A DNA stretch of 64,000 bases from an uncultured bacterium (GTDB taxonomy: Bacteria; Zixibacteria; MSB-5A5; GN15; FEB-12). How positions within the stretch are numbered: the stretch's first letter is position 1; every line of letters begins with the position of its first letter. The DNA lies in contig CBFDBU010000008.1 of NCBI GenBank assembly GCA_965603125.1, positions 30,929-94,928 on the forward strand, in the 5' to 3' direction. This document shows, piece after piece, positions 1 through 8,674 of the stretch. Under the pieces are notes generated by a model that did no database searches, was not told the origin of the DNA, and was given only the letters and a program-made list of their open reading frames with translations. Position numbers and translations under genes: made by a program.

Positions 1-654
1 CACGATTTGAACGAATCCCTGGCCAACATTCTCGGCTTCGCTCAACTGGCAGCCAAGGACCCGGCTCTGACCGTCCAGACCAGGCAGGACATAGAGAAAA
101 TCGTCTCCACGACTCTGCACGCCCGCCAGGTGACAACGAGACTCCTGGTGTTCGCCAGGGAAACGCCCACAGAGAAGACGCGAGTGAACCTCAGCAGCCT
201 GGTGGAAGACGGACTTCACTTTCTGCAGTCAAGGTGCGCCAAAGCAGGGATCGAACTGGTGCGCAACCTGCCGAAGGGATTGCCTGAAATCACGGCTGAC
301 CGCACGCAAATGCTTCAGGTGCTGATCAACCTTGTTGTCAACTCGGTACAGGCGATGCCCCATGGCGGACGCCTGACAATTACCACTGCCTCTGACGACG
401 CTCACGTGCTGTTGTCCGTTGAGGACACCGGTACCGGCATGAGCGAGGAAGTAATGAAGGACATCTTCAACCCGCTTTTCACTACCAAGGATGTCGACCA
501 GGGCACCGGTCTTGGTCTGCCCGTGGTGCACGGCATCGTCACCTCCCATGGCGGAACGGTAGCGGTCGAGAGCACTGTTGACCGGGGAACGAAGTTTGTG
601 ATCCGGCTGCCGATGGATACACCTCAAAACAACAGCGGGGGTCAGGATGGCTGA
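1..654 (+). CDS. sensor histidine kinase, C-terminal portion (5' end outside window)
   Basis: The frame is open from nt 1. An H-box-like HDLNESLANILGF lies at the window edge. N-box QVLINLVVNSVQAM, G1 DTGTGM and G2 GTGLGL indicate HATPase_c. The stop overlaps the next start (ATGGCTGA). Confidence 0.85.
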   Translation, partial: HDLNESLANILGFAQLAAKDPALTVQTRQDIEKIVSTTLHARQVTTRLLVFARETPTEKTRVNLSSLVEDGLHFLQSRCAKAGIELVRNLPKGLPEITADRTQMLQVLINLVVNSVQAMPHGGRLTITTASDDAHVLLSVEDTGTGMSEEVMKDIFNPLFTTKDVDQGTGLGLPVVHGIVTSHGGTVAVESTVDRGTKFVIRLPMDTPQNNSGGQDG

Positions 655-1993
655 ATCGGGGAAAGAGCGCCGCATTCTCGTGGTTGATGACGCTCCGGAA
701 ACGCTGGAGGTGCTTGAGAGAAACCTGGCTTCAAGAGGTTACCAGGTGCATACGGCGTCAGGTGTGGACGAGGCCCTCCGGGTTCTCGAAGCGCAAGCGA
801 TTGACCTGGTCATCACGGACTACAAGATGCCGCGGGTCAGCGGTCTGGACCTGGTCAGGCACGTCCGCGAGAATCTCACCGACACCGAGGTCATAATGAT
901 CACCGGCTATGCGTCAATCGGGGGAGCGGTTGAGGCCGTCAAGTACGGGGCCGAGGATTACCTGGCCAAACCTTTCACCGATGAGGAGCTTTCCGACGCG
1001 GTGGAACACGCCCTGGACAGACTCCGCACCCGGCGCGCGGCCCGGTCCCGCTCAGATAAGGAGGTTTCCGAGTCGTACGGCATCCTCGGTGAGTCAGAGG
1101 CGATACGCAAGGTGTATCGAGCCATCGGCAAGGCTGCCGCGACTTCCGCGACAACTCTCATAACGGGGGAAAGCGGAACCGGCAAGGAACTCGTCGCGCG
1201 GGCTATTCACTACAGTAGTCCGCGAGCGTCGGCACCCTTTGTTCCCGTCAACTGCGGCGGCATCCCCGAGGGCCTGCTGGAAAGCGAGTTGTTCGGGCAT
1301 GTCAAGGGAGCCTTTACGGGAGCGACCGAGACCCGCGCCGGCTTCTTTCAAACCGCCGACGGCGGCACGATCTTCCTCGACGAGATCAGCGAAACTAGTC
1401 TGGCCATGCAGGTCAAACTGCTACGCGTCCTGCAGGACAAGGAAGTCTGCATGGTCGGGGACGTTCGCTCCCGAAAGGCCGACGTGCGCATTGTGGCCGC
1501 AACCAACAAGGACCTGCACAGCCTTGTCGAGAAAGAACTCTTCCGTGAGGATCTCTTCTTCCGCCTCAGCGTCATTACCATCTCCGTTCCCCCCCTGGCC
1601 GAGAGAGAAGACGATATCCTGATCCTGGCCCGTTATTTCGCCGGCAAATTCGCCCAGGAGTCGGGCAAACAGGCGGTACGCTTCTCTGACACTGCTGTCC
1701 GGGTGCTGAAAGACTATGACTGGCCGGGGAATGTCCGGGAACTGGAGAACGTTATCCAGCGACTGACGGTTATGGCTGATGGCGACCTCATTGACGCACC
1801 CGACCTGCCATCCCTGATGCGGTTTTCAGCGCCGCGTCGAACCCGACTTCACCGCACTCTTGCGGAGGTGGAAAGGGAGCATATTCGCAATGTCCTGACC
1901 GGTGTGAACGGCAACAAAACACGCGCCGCCGAGATACTTGGTATCGATCGCAAGACTCTCAGGGAAAAGCTGAAAGATAACAAGAACTCCTGA
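647..1993 (+). CDS. sigma54-dependent response regulator (NtrC family enhancer-binding protein)
   Basis: REC domain (ILVVDDAPETL...DLVITDYKMPRVSG). AAA+ sigma54-interaction domain (GESGTGKE Walker A, ESELFGHVKGAFTGA GAFTGA loop, IFLDEI Walker B). C-terminal Fis-type HTH (NKTRAAEILGIDRKTLREKL). Confidence 0.92.
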   Translation: MAESGKERRILVVDDAPETLEVLERNLASRGYQVHTASGVDEALRVLEAQAIDLVITDYKMPRVSGLDLVRHVRENLTDTEVIMITGYASIGGAVEAVKYGAEDYLAKPFTDEELSDAVEHALDRLRTRRAARSRSDKEVSESYGILGESEAIRKVYRAIGKAAATSATTLITGESGTGKELVARAIHYSSPRASAPFVPVNCGGIPEGLLESELFGHVKGAFTGATETRAGFFQTADGGTIFLDEISETSLAMQVKLLRVLQDKEVCMVGDVRSRKADVRIVAATNKDLHSLVEKELFREDLFFRLSVITISVPPLAEREDDILILARYFAGKFAQESGKQAVRFSDTAVRVLKDYDWPGNVRELENVIQRLTVMADGDLIDAPDLPSLMRFSAPRRTRLHRTLAEVEREHIRNVLTGVNGNKTRAAEILGIDRKTLREKLKDNKNS

Positions 1994-2018
1994 GTTTTCT
2001 TGGTAACTCCGGGGAATT

Positions 2019-2037
2019 ACTCCCCGGTGGTACAGTT
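2019..2037. promoter_or_regulatory. perfect dyad CCGGGGA-N5-TCCCCGG, candidate enhancer (UAS) or terminator hairpin
   Basis: 7-bp inverted repeat about 166 bp upstream of the -24 element. It is conserved at the same relative position in copy 2 (3951..3969). Confidence 0.35.
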
Positions 2038-2202
2038 TTCCCCGCCCCATACCCTATCGTCAGAGGCGTAGCGCGGCAGGCTTTCTCTCTGTTTGCCATT
2101 GTACTTACACATTGACCTGTCAAGGTAACTCATTGCCGGACAGAGCGGTATGGTGCCATGAGCGTCGGCACGCGGGACGCTTCGCATCGTAGTCGCACGC
2201 TG

Positions 2203-2218
2203 TGGCACACTCATTGCT
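2203..2218 (+). promoter_or_regulatory. sigma54 (-24/-12) promoter
   Basis: TGGCACactcaTTGCT is an exact match to TGGCAC-N5-TTGCW. It lies about 120 nt upstream of the small ORF and gdh and directly downstream of a sigma54 activator gene. Confidence 0.75.
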
Positions 2219-2336
2219 AAAGGCCCGAATGCGGGTGTCAATGATAGCGGCCACCCGCGTGAGAGAAACCGATAAGTTAGGAAAATAGATAGTGGAAACC
2301 GGGGAAACACAAGTTGCACTTATGGAGGGCCTCACT

Positions 2337-2480
2337 ATGTCATCAGCGAAGCTGCTTGTCGGGCTTTGTGCGACCTGCAACAATGCTGAAGACTGTGTCT
2401 ACCGGAAACGCCATCGAACAGACGCGATATACTGCGAGATATTTGACGGCTACGTCCCTCTCGCGGGCAATGGTCGTTGA
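2337..2480 (+). CDS. small Cys-rich protein, single CxxC-x5-C-x12-C unit (short paralogue of 4278..4565)
   Basis: GGAGG lies 7 nt upstream of ATG 2337 (MSSAKLLVGLCATCNNAEDCVYRKR...). The track ORF 2292..2480 has an upstream in-frame extension without an RBS. The first ~40 codons are near-identical to 4278..4400. Confidence 0.55.
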   Translation: MSSAKLLVGLCATCNNAEDCVYRKRHRTDAIYCEIFDGYVPLAGNGR

Positions 2481-2560
2481 CCGTGTTGAGTTAACTGTAG
2501 AGAGAAGACAGCCCGCCGGCACTATCCCGACGTACCGGCGGCGGTCTCCAGGAGGTTCTG

Positions 2561-3859
2561 ATGAAAACGGGAGCGACTCCACCTCAGAGGGGAGTGCAGA
2601 CCACAAAGACCAACCCTTATGAGAACGCGAAATGGCAGTTCAATAAGGCCGCTGATCACATTGGGCTCGACAGCGATATTCGTAAAATCCTATCGACGAC
2701 CGAGAGCGAGATCACGATTCACTTCCCGGTCAAAATGGACAACGGCCGAGTGGAGATGTTTACGGGATACCGGATTCAGCACAACAGCGTCTTTGGACCC
2801 TACAAGGGCGGGCTACGCTACCATCCCACGGTCGATGTCGATGAAGTCCGTGCCCTGGCCACATGGATGACCTGGAAAGGGGCGATCACCGACATACCGT
2901 TCGGAGGAGCCAAAGGCGGAATTCAGATTGATCCTTTCAAGTACTCTAATGGCGAGATTGAACGGATCACTCGTCGTTTTGCATTCGCGCTCGGAAACAA
3001 CATCGGACCGGAATATGACATCCCTGCTCCCGATGTAAATACCAACCCTCAGATAATGGCCTGGATATTGGACACCTACCTTTCAACTACAGCCCCCCAT
3101 GAGCGCCAACGCTGCAAGCACGTCGTCACCGGCAAGCCGATCGAATCAGGCGGGAGCCTTGGACGAGATAAGGCCACAGGTCAGGGCGTTGTCTTTACCA
3201 TTGAAGAATGGGCCAAAGACAACAACTTCGATCTCAGCAAGGCAACATATATCGTTCAGGGATTTGGAAATGTCGGGTCCTGGGCTTCCCGCCTGTTGAA
3301 GCCCCACGGAGCGAAGCTGGTGGCCGTCGAGGATGTTACCGGGGCCATAGCTAACGAGGACGGCATAGACCCCAGTGATCTTGCCGCCTATGTGGCGAAG
3401 ACGGGAGGCGCCGCCGGATACCGGGGTACCAATGCCATCAGCCATGAGACTTTCATGAAAACAATGGCGGACATCTTCATCCCGGCCGCTATGGAAAACC
3501 AGATAACCGCCGACACAGCTCCCTGGCTGAATGTCAAGCTTGTGGCCGAAGGCGCTAATGGACCTACTGACCCGGACGGCGATACGATTCTCAGAGAGAG
3601 ACACATTGACGTCATACCGGATATCCTCTGCAACTCCGGCGGCGTCATCGTCAGTTACTTCGAATGGCTTCAGAACAAACGCAGTGAATTCCTGGAACTG
3701 GAGGAAATCGACCGTAAGCTGCACAAGAAAATCACCCGCGCCTATGAGAAAGTGCGCAATACCGCCTCAGAATACGACGTCGATTGGCGCATCGCGGCGT
3801 GCATCGTAGCCCTGGTGCGTCTGGCAAAGGTCTACAAGGAACGTGGCATTTTCCCGTAG
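2561..3859 (+). CDS. gdhA: glutamate dehydrogenase (Glu/Leu/Phe/Val dehydrogenase family)
   Basis: Catalytic-Lys region PFGGAKGGI and Rossmann motif VQGFGNVGSW. The length (432 aa) is typical. GGAGG RBS lies before the ATG. Confidence 0.93.
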   Translation: MKTGATPPQRGVQTTKTNPYENAKWQFNKAADHIGLDSDIRKILSTTESEITIHFPVKMDNGRVEMFTGYRIQHNSVFGPYKGGLRYHPTVDVDEVRALATWMTWKGAITDIPFGGAKGGIQIDPFKYSNGEIERITRRFAFALGNNIGPEYDIPAPDVNTNPQIMAWILDTYLSTTAPHERQRCKHVVTGKPIESGGSLGRDKATGQGVVFTIEEWAKDNNFDLSKATYIVQGFGNVGSWASRLLKPHGAKLVAVEDVTGAIANEDGIDPSDLAAYVAKTGGAAGYRGTNAISHETFMKTMADIFIPAAMENQITADTAPWLNVKLVAEGANGPTDPDGDTILRERHIDVIPDILCNSGGVIVSYFEWLQNKRSEFLELEEIDRKLHKKITRAYEKVRNTASEYDVDWRIAACIVALVRLAKVYKERGIFP

Positions 3860-3906
3860 TAAATCCTGTCAGTAACCGATGCCTCTTCTCATTTCAGTTA
3901 TGACAG

Positions 3907-3940
3907 ACCGGGCGACGAGACATCGTACTCGTCGTCCGGT
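3907..3940 (+). terminator. strong hairpin after gdh (13-bp stem, no U tract)
   Basis: ACCGGGCGACGAG (3907-3919) pairs with CTCGTCGTCCGGT (3928-3940) with one G.U pair and an 8-nt loop. It lies 48 nt after the gdh stop. Confidence 0.4.
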
Positions 3941-3950
3941 TAACGCATGG

Positions 3951-3969
3951 CCGGGGAATTTCTCCCCGG
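3951..3969. promoter_or_regulatory. perfect dyad CCGGGGA-N5-TCCCCGG, candidate UAS
   Basis: Same dyad as 2019..2037, about 174 bp upstream of the second -24 element. Confidence 0.35.
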
Positions 3970-4142
3970 TGGTACAGATTTCCCCGCCCCATACCCTGTC
4001 GTCAGAGGCGTAGCGTGGCTGGCTGTCCCCGCTTGCCGTTGAGCCCACACATTCACCTATCGTGGTATCTCATTGCAGAGCAAAACGATATAACGTTGGG
4101 GGCATCGGCTTACGGGATACTTCGCATCGTAGTCGTACGCTA

Positions 4143-4158
4143 TGGCACACTCATTGCT
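4143..4158 (+). promoter_or_regulatory. sigma54 (-24/-12) promoter
   Basis: TGGCACactcaTTGCT, identical to the element at 2203..2218. Confidence 0.75.
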
Positions 4159-4277
4159 TTAAGGTCCGAATGTGGGTGTCAATGATGACGGCTACCCGCA
4201 CGAGAGAGACTGCTAAGTAGGGAAAACAGATGATGAAAACCGGGGAAACGCAAGTTGCACTTATGGAGGGCCTAATT

Positions 4278-4565
4278 ATGTCATCAGCGAAGCTGCTTGT
4301 CGGGCTTTGTGCGACCTGCAACAATGCTGAAGACTGTGTCTACCGGAAACGTCGTGGAACAGACGCGATATGCTGTGAGATGTTTGACGGATACGCCCCT
4401 CTCACGGGCAATAGCAGCAAACGTGTTGCTAACGCCGCCATGATGGCGCCGGACACAGTGGAATCCGCAGGTTTCAAAGGCCTCTGTGTGAATTGTGTAC
4501 ATCGTCATGCCTGCAAGCTGCCCAGACCGAAGGGTGGAATCTGGCACTGCGAGGAATACGAATAG
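4278..4565 (+). CDS. small Cys-rich protein with two GLCxxCx5C...C units
   Basis: GGAGG lies 7 nt upstream of ATG 4278. Unit 1 is GLCATCNNAEDC...CCE and unit 2 is GLCVNCVHRHAC...HCEEYE. It is the first gene of the operon and ends 22 nt before the next start. Confidence 0.6.
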   Translation: MSSAKLLVGLCATCNNAEDCVYRKRRGTDAICCEMFDGYAPLTGNSSKRVANAAMMAPDTVESAGFKGLCVNCVHRHACKLPRPKGGIWHCEEYE

Positions 4566-4587
4566 CGTTTGCAGGTGAAAGGGAGTA

Positions 4588-5439
4588 ATGACTGCTGAAG
4601 AAATATCAGCCATCGTAGAGAAAAGCGGTTCCGGGCAGGGGGGGCTTATAGCCATCCTGGAGGAGATACAGGCCCGCTACAGTTATCTTCCCGAAGACGC
4701 CCTGAGAGTTGTCGCCAAGGAGACCGGCCGCTCACTGGTCGACATTTACGGAGTGGCGACATTCTACAGAGCGTTCAGCCTTAAGCCCCGGGGGAAACAT
4801 CTCATCTCTGTATGCCTGGGAACGGCGTGTCATGTTCGAGGCGGGCCTGCCATAGCGGAGGAAATCGAACGGCAACTGGGAATCAGAGCCGGTGAGACAA
4901 CAGGGGACAAAGAATTCACGCTGGAAACGGTCAACTGCCTGGGTGCCTGCGCCCTCGGTCCGGTAATTGTGGCCGACGGGCACTATTTCTCCAAGGTCAG
5001 TATCACGATGGTCAAGAAGGTAATTGATGAGGTACACACCGGCCTTGACAGGGTTGAGATTGAAACCGACCAACGTGTGTTCCCAGTCGAAGTGAGTTGT
5101 GCCCGGTGCAATCACAGCCTGATGGATCCACGGCACCTGATCGACGATCACCCTTCCATTCGCATAACAGGGTCTTTCGGTAACAAACACGGCCGACTAT
5201 TGCTGTCCAGTCTTTACGGGAGCTATGAGGTCACTTCCGAGCACGAGATACCACCCGACACCGTTGTTCACATGTTCTGTCCTCACTGCCATGCCGAGTT
5301 GATCGGCAGTTCGACGTGTGGTGAGTGCGGCGCACCGATGGTGCCGATGATCGTCCGCGGGGGAGGTGTGGTGCAGATATGCTCTCGCCGCGGCTGCAAG
5401 GGCCACATGCTGGATCTGGGTGGTACCGCTTTAGATTGA
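4588..5439 (+). CDS. NuoE/HydC-like thioredoxin-fold [2Fe-2S] protein with C-terminal Cys-rich (zinc-ribbon-like) extension
   Basis: Cluster ligands are in SVCLGTACHVRGG...VNCLGACALGP. An extra ~130 aa tail carries CARCNH...CPHCHAEL...CGECGAPM...CSRRGCKGH. AAGGGAG RBS. Confidence 0.85.
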   Translation: MTAEEISAIVEKSGSGQGGLIAILEEIQARYSYLPEDALRVVAKETGRSLVDIYGVATFYRAFSLKPRGKHLISVCLGTACHVRGGPAIAEEIERQLGIRAGETTGDKEFTLETVNCLGACALGPVIVADGHYFSKVSITMVKKVIDEVHTGLDRVEIETDQRVFPVEVSCARCNHSLMDPRHLIDDHPSIRITGSFGNKHGRLLLSSLYGSYEVTSEHEIPPDTVVHMFCPHCHAELIGSSTCGECGAPMVPMIVRGGGVVQICSRRGCKGHMLDLGGTALD

Positions 5440-5476
5440 CGGCCAATCGCTGTCTGCTAGGAAAAGAGGTCACTAA

Positions 5477-8400
5477 ATGAGAAAACTCTCAACTGTTCAG
5501 GAGTTCCACAATTTCCGCCAGCGTATTATGAGCGAAAGTAAAGCCCAGGAAGGCAAACCCACTCTGGTAATTAGTGCAGACACAGGAGGGCAAGCCAGCG
5601 GTGTCAATGACATAATAAGATTGGTTAAGCGATACATAGTGGAGAGGAATCTCCAGCACAGGATTGCGCTGAGAATTACCGGCTGTCAAGGTTTCTGCGA
5701 GATGAACCCGTATCTACTGGTCGAACCCGGCGGGCATTTTTACCCTAAACTCCAGGCAGAACACGTTCCCAGAGTGGTAGAAGCTGCTGTGGGCGGCTTC
5801 CTAGACGAGGACTTGATCTACAAGGACCCGAACAAACGGAAGAGCTATTCTTGCCAGACCGACATTCCCTTTTTCAAGAAGCAAACGCGTACTATTCTGG
5901 GAGAAAATCAGAAGCTGGACCCCATACGCATTCTCGACTACTTTCAACAGGGTGGGTACATGGGGGCCCAGAGAGTCCTGACCAAACCTGATCCCGACTG
6001 GATCATCAAGGAAGTGAAACAATCCGGACTTAGAGGTCGGGGTGGAGCTGGTTTCCCCACAGGTAGGAAGTGGGAGTTGGCCCGGGCTTCCGGTAACGGA
6101 GATGAGCAGAAGTACGTTGTCTGCAACGCCGATGAGGGCGATCCGGGAGCATACATGGATCGGGCCGTTCTGGAGGGCAACCCACATGCCATTATTGAGG
6201 GGATGCTTATCGCTGGTATCGCCATTGGGGCCACGCGGGGCATCATCTATGTCCGCGGTGAGTACCCCCTGGCTATCAAACATGCCCTGATCGCTCTTCG
6301 CCAGGCGCGGGATGGCGGTCTCCTGGGGCGGAATATCCTCGGCACCGGCATCGATTTCGATATCGACATTGTCCGCGGCGCGGGCGCCTTTGTATGCGGA
6401 GAGGAAACGGCGCTGATCAGGTCTGTCGAGGGCCTTATGGGCGAACCTCGTCAACGACCGCCGTATCCCATAGAAAAGGGTCTCTGGGGCCATCCCACCT
6501 GCATCAACAACGTTGAAACCCTGGCTAACGTCCACGTGATAATCGACCGCGGAGCCGAGGAATACGCCAAGGTGGGCGTACCCGGCAACACCGGAACGAA
6601 GATATTCTCGCTGGTCGGAAAAATCAGAAACACCGGTCTGGTTGAAGTTCCGCTGGGCATGAAGATCAGCGAGGTCGTCTACGATATCGGCGGCGGCTCG
6701 GTAGGCAAAGCAAAGATCAAGGCGGTGCAGACAGGCGGGCCGTCGGGCGGCTGCATTCCGGCCGGCATGTTCGATCTCCCCATCGACTACGAAAGCCTTG
6801 CCAAGGTCGGATCAATGATGGGGTCCGGCGGTATGATTGTCGTGGACGAAAACACGTGCATGGTTGATTTCGCCAAGTACTTCATGTCCTTCCTCAAGGA
6901 CGAATCGTGCGGCAAGTGCTTCACCTGCCGGAAGGGCACACAGCGTATATACGAAATCCTCGACGACATTTCCAAAGGTAAAGCAACACTTGAGGACCTG
7001 GATCTGCTCGAGGAATTGGCGATTGTTGTGAAAGACACCACCATGTGCGGACTGGGGCAGACAGCGTCAAACCCGGTTCTCAGCACCCTGCGGTATTTCC
7101 GAAACGAATACGAACGACACATCAGGGACAAGAGATGCGACGCCTTCGTCTGCAAGGAACTGGTAGGAGCTCCCTGCCAGTCTGCCTGTCCGCTCGGCAC
7201 CGAGGCCTGGCGCTACGTGGCCCACATCGCGCGTGGCGAATATGATGATGCTTATACCGTCATCCGGGATGCGAATCCGTTCCCGTCGGTATGCGCCCGG
7301 GTCTGCCATCACCCCTGTGAGGAAAGATGCCGCGCCGGTACGAGCGGCGGTGACGCCATAGCTATACGGGCGCTGAAGCGCTTCATTACCGACCGCGTCG
7401 ATCCAACTCTATACAAACCGCAAAGAGTGGCGTGGACCGATGGCGAGCCTCCCAAGATAGCCGTGATCGGCTCAGGTCCGGCCGGCCTCACAACAGCTCA
7501 TTATCTCTCTTTGCAAGGCTACAAAGTGACTGTCTTTGAGGTCGAGCCGGAGCCGGGTGGGATGCTTTACTGCGCAATTCCGACCTATCGTCTGCCGCAT
7601 GAGGTCATCAGGAATGAGATCAATGCCCTCCTGGATGACAACATCACCCTCAAATGCAACATCGCGCTGGGTCGTGACATCACGGTGGATGGATTGTTTG
7701 AGGACGGTTACAAGGCGGTCCTGCTGGCCCTGGGCGCACACAAGAGTAAGCCGCTCAGTCTCGAGAACGAAGATGCGGACGGTGTCTATCCGTCAATTGA
7801 ATTCCTCAAGGCCTTGAATATGAGAGGTGAGCATCTGGCTCGAGGTCGGGTTGGTGTTATCGGCGGCGGTAACTCCGCCATTGATGCTGCTCGGATGGCA
7901 TTGCGCCAGAAAAACGTCGAAAGTGTTATAATCCTGTACCGTCGAACACGCGAAGAGATGCCTGCCTTTGGCGAAGAGATTGAAGCTGCCGACCAGGAAG
8001 GAATCAAGATCGAGACATTGGTTACACCCACCAAAGTTATCGCCAAAGACGGACACTTGTCCGGTATCGAATGTGTCCGAAACGAGTTGGGTGATGTCGA
8101 CTCCAGCGGCCGGCGGCGACCGGTTCCGGTGAAAGGCACCGAGCGTATCATTGAACTCGATACCCTGGTTGTGGCTATCGGCGAGGACTCCGGGATCGAC
8201 GCCATTGGTCCTGCCCGTTTGAGCCGTATTGAGACGACCAGGTGGAACACAGTGAAAGCTGATCCAACCACCCTTCTTACTAATCGGCCGGGAGTATTCG
8301 CCGCTGGCGATGTCGTCACCGGCCCCAATACGGTGGTTGAAGCAATTGCAGCCGGTAAGCGAGCGGCGGTGATGATCGACCGTTTTGTACGCAACGAGGA

Positions 8401-8674
8401 TATGGTCCAACCGGCTGAACCATATTTGCCAAAAGTCTACATCGAGCCGGTCAAGATGGACACAGAAGATGCGCAGCCGGCTGATCGCGTTGAAACCCCC
8501 CGCGCGCCGGCGGAATGGCGAAGGCGCAACTTCGCCGAGGTGGAAGTATCACTCTCCATTGATGAGGCGACCCATGAGGCTTGTCGGTGCCTTCGGTGCG
8601 ACCTGGAGTTCACCAAACCCAAAGAAGTTGAAACCGTAACAGAGGCCAAGGCTACCGTAACCGGAGGCAAATGA
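5477..8674 (+). CDS. NuoF-like (FMN/NADH, 4Fe-4S) fused to GltD-like (NAD(P)H:FAD, 2x4Fe-4S) oxidoreductase
   Basis: N-terminal thioredoxin-like part ITGCQGFCEMNP. NuoF motifs GLRGRGGAGFPTGRKW, NADEGDPGAY and ESCGKCFTCRKG. GltD-type CQSACPLG...NPFPSVCARVCHHPCEERC. Two dinucleotide folds, IAVIGSGPAGL and VGVIGGGNSAIDAAR. Confidence 0.9.
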   Translation: MRKLSTVQEFHNFRQRIMSESKAQEGKPTLVISADTGGQASGVNDIIRLVKRYIVERNLQHRIALRITGCQGFCEMNPYLLVEPGGHFYPKLQAEHVPRVVEAAVGGFLDEDLIYKDPNKRKSYSCQTDIPFFKKQTRTILGENQKLDPIRILDYFQQGGYMGAQRVLTKPDPDWIIKEVKQSGLRGRGGAGFPTGRKWELARASGNGDEQKYVVCNADEGDPGAYMDRAVLEGNPHAIIEGMLIAGIAIGATRGIIYVRGEYPLAIKHALIALRQARDGGLLGRNILGTGIDFDIDIVRGAGAFVCGEETALIRSVEGLMGEPRQRPPYPIEKGLWGHPTCINNVETLANVHVIIDRGAEEYAKVGVPGNTGTKIFSLVGKIRNTGLVEVPLGMKISEVVYDIGGGSVGKAKIKAVQTGGPSGGCIPAGMFDLPIDYESLAKVGSMMGSGGMIVVDENTCMVDFAKYFMSFLKDESCGKCFTCRKGTQRIYEILDDISKGKATLEDLDLLEELAIVVKDTTMCGLGQTASNPVLSTLRYFRNEYERHIRDKRCDAFVCKELVGAPCQSACPLGTEAWRYVAHIARGEYDDAYTVIRDANPFPSVCARVCHHPCEERCRAGTSGGDAIAIRALKRFITDRVDPTLYKPQRVAWTDGEPPKIAVIGSGPAGLTTAHYLSLQGYKVTVFEVEPEPGGMLYCAIPTYRLPHEVIRNEINALLDDNITLKCNIALGRDITVDGLFEDGYKAVLLALGAHKSKPLSLENEDADGVYPSIEFLKALNMRGEHLARGRVGVIGGGNSAIDAARMALRQKNVESVIILYRRTREEMPAFGEEIEAADQEGIKIETLVTPTKVIAKDGHLSGIECVRNELGDVDSSGRRRPVPVKGTERIIELDTLVVAIGEDSGIDAIGPARLSRIETTRWNTVKADPTTLLTNRPGVFAAGDVVTGPNTVVEAIAAGKRAAVMIDRFVRNEDMVQPAEPYLPKVYIEPVKMDTEDAQPADRVETPRAPAEWRRRNFAEVEVSLSIDEATHEACRCLRCDLEFTKPKEVETVTEAKATVTGGK

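Larger units (their letters stand above)
2019..2471 (+). repeat. copy 1 of duplicated ~455-bp promoter/leader/5'-ORF cassette
   Basis: By-eye alignment with 3951..4412. Shared blocks include CCGGGGAATTnCTCCCCGGTGGTACAG, TTCGCATCGTAGTCGnACGCTnTGGCACACTCATTGCT, GGTGTCAATGAT and ATGTCATCAGCGAAGCTGCTTGTCGGGCTTTGTGCGACCTGCAACAATGCTGAAGACTGTGTCTACCGGAAACG. Confidence 0.9.
3951..4412 (+). repeat. copy 2 of duplicated promoter/leader/5'-ORF cassette
   Basis: See 2019..2471. Similarity ends at GGGCAAT (2471 / 4412). Confidence 0.9.
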
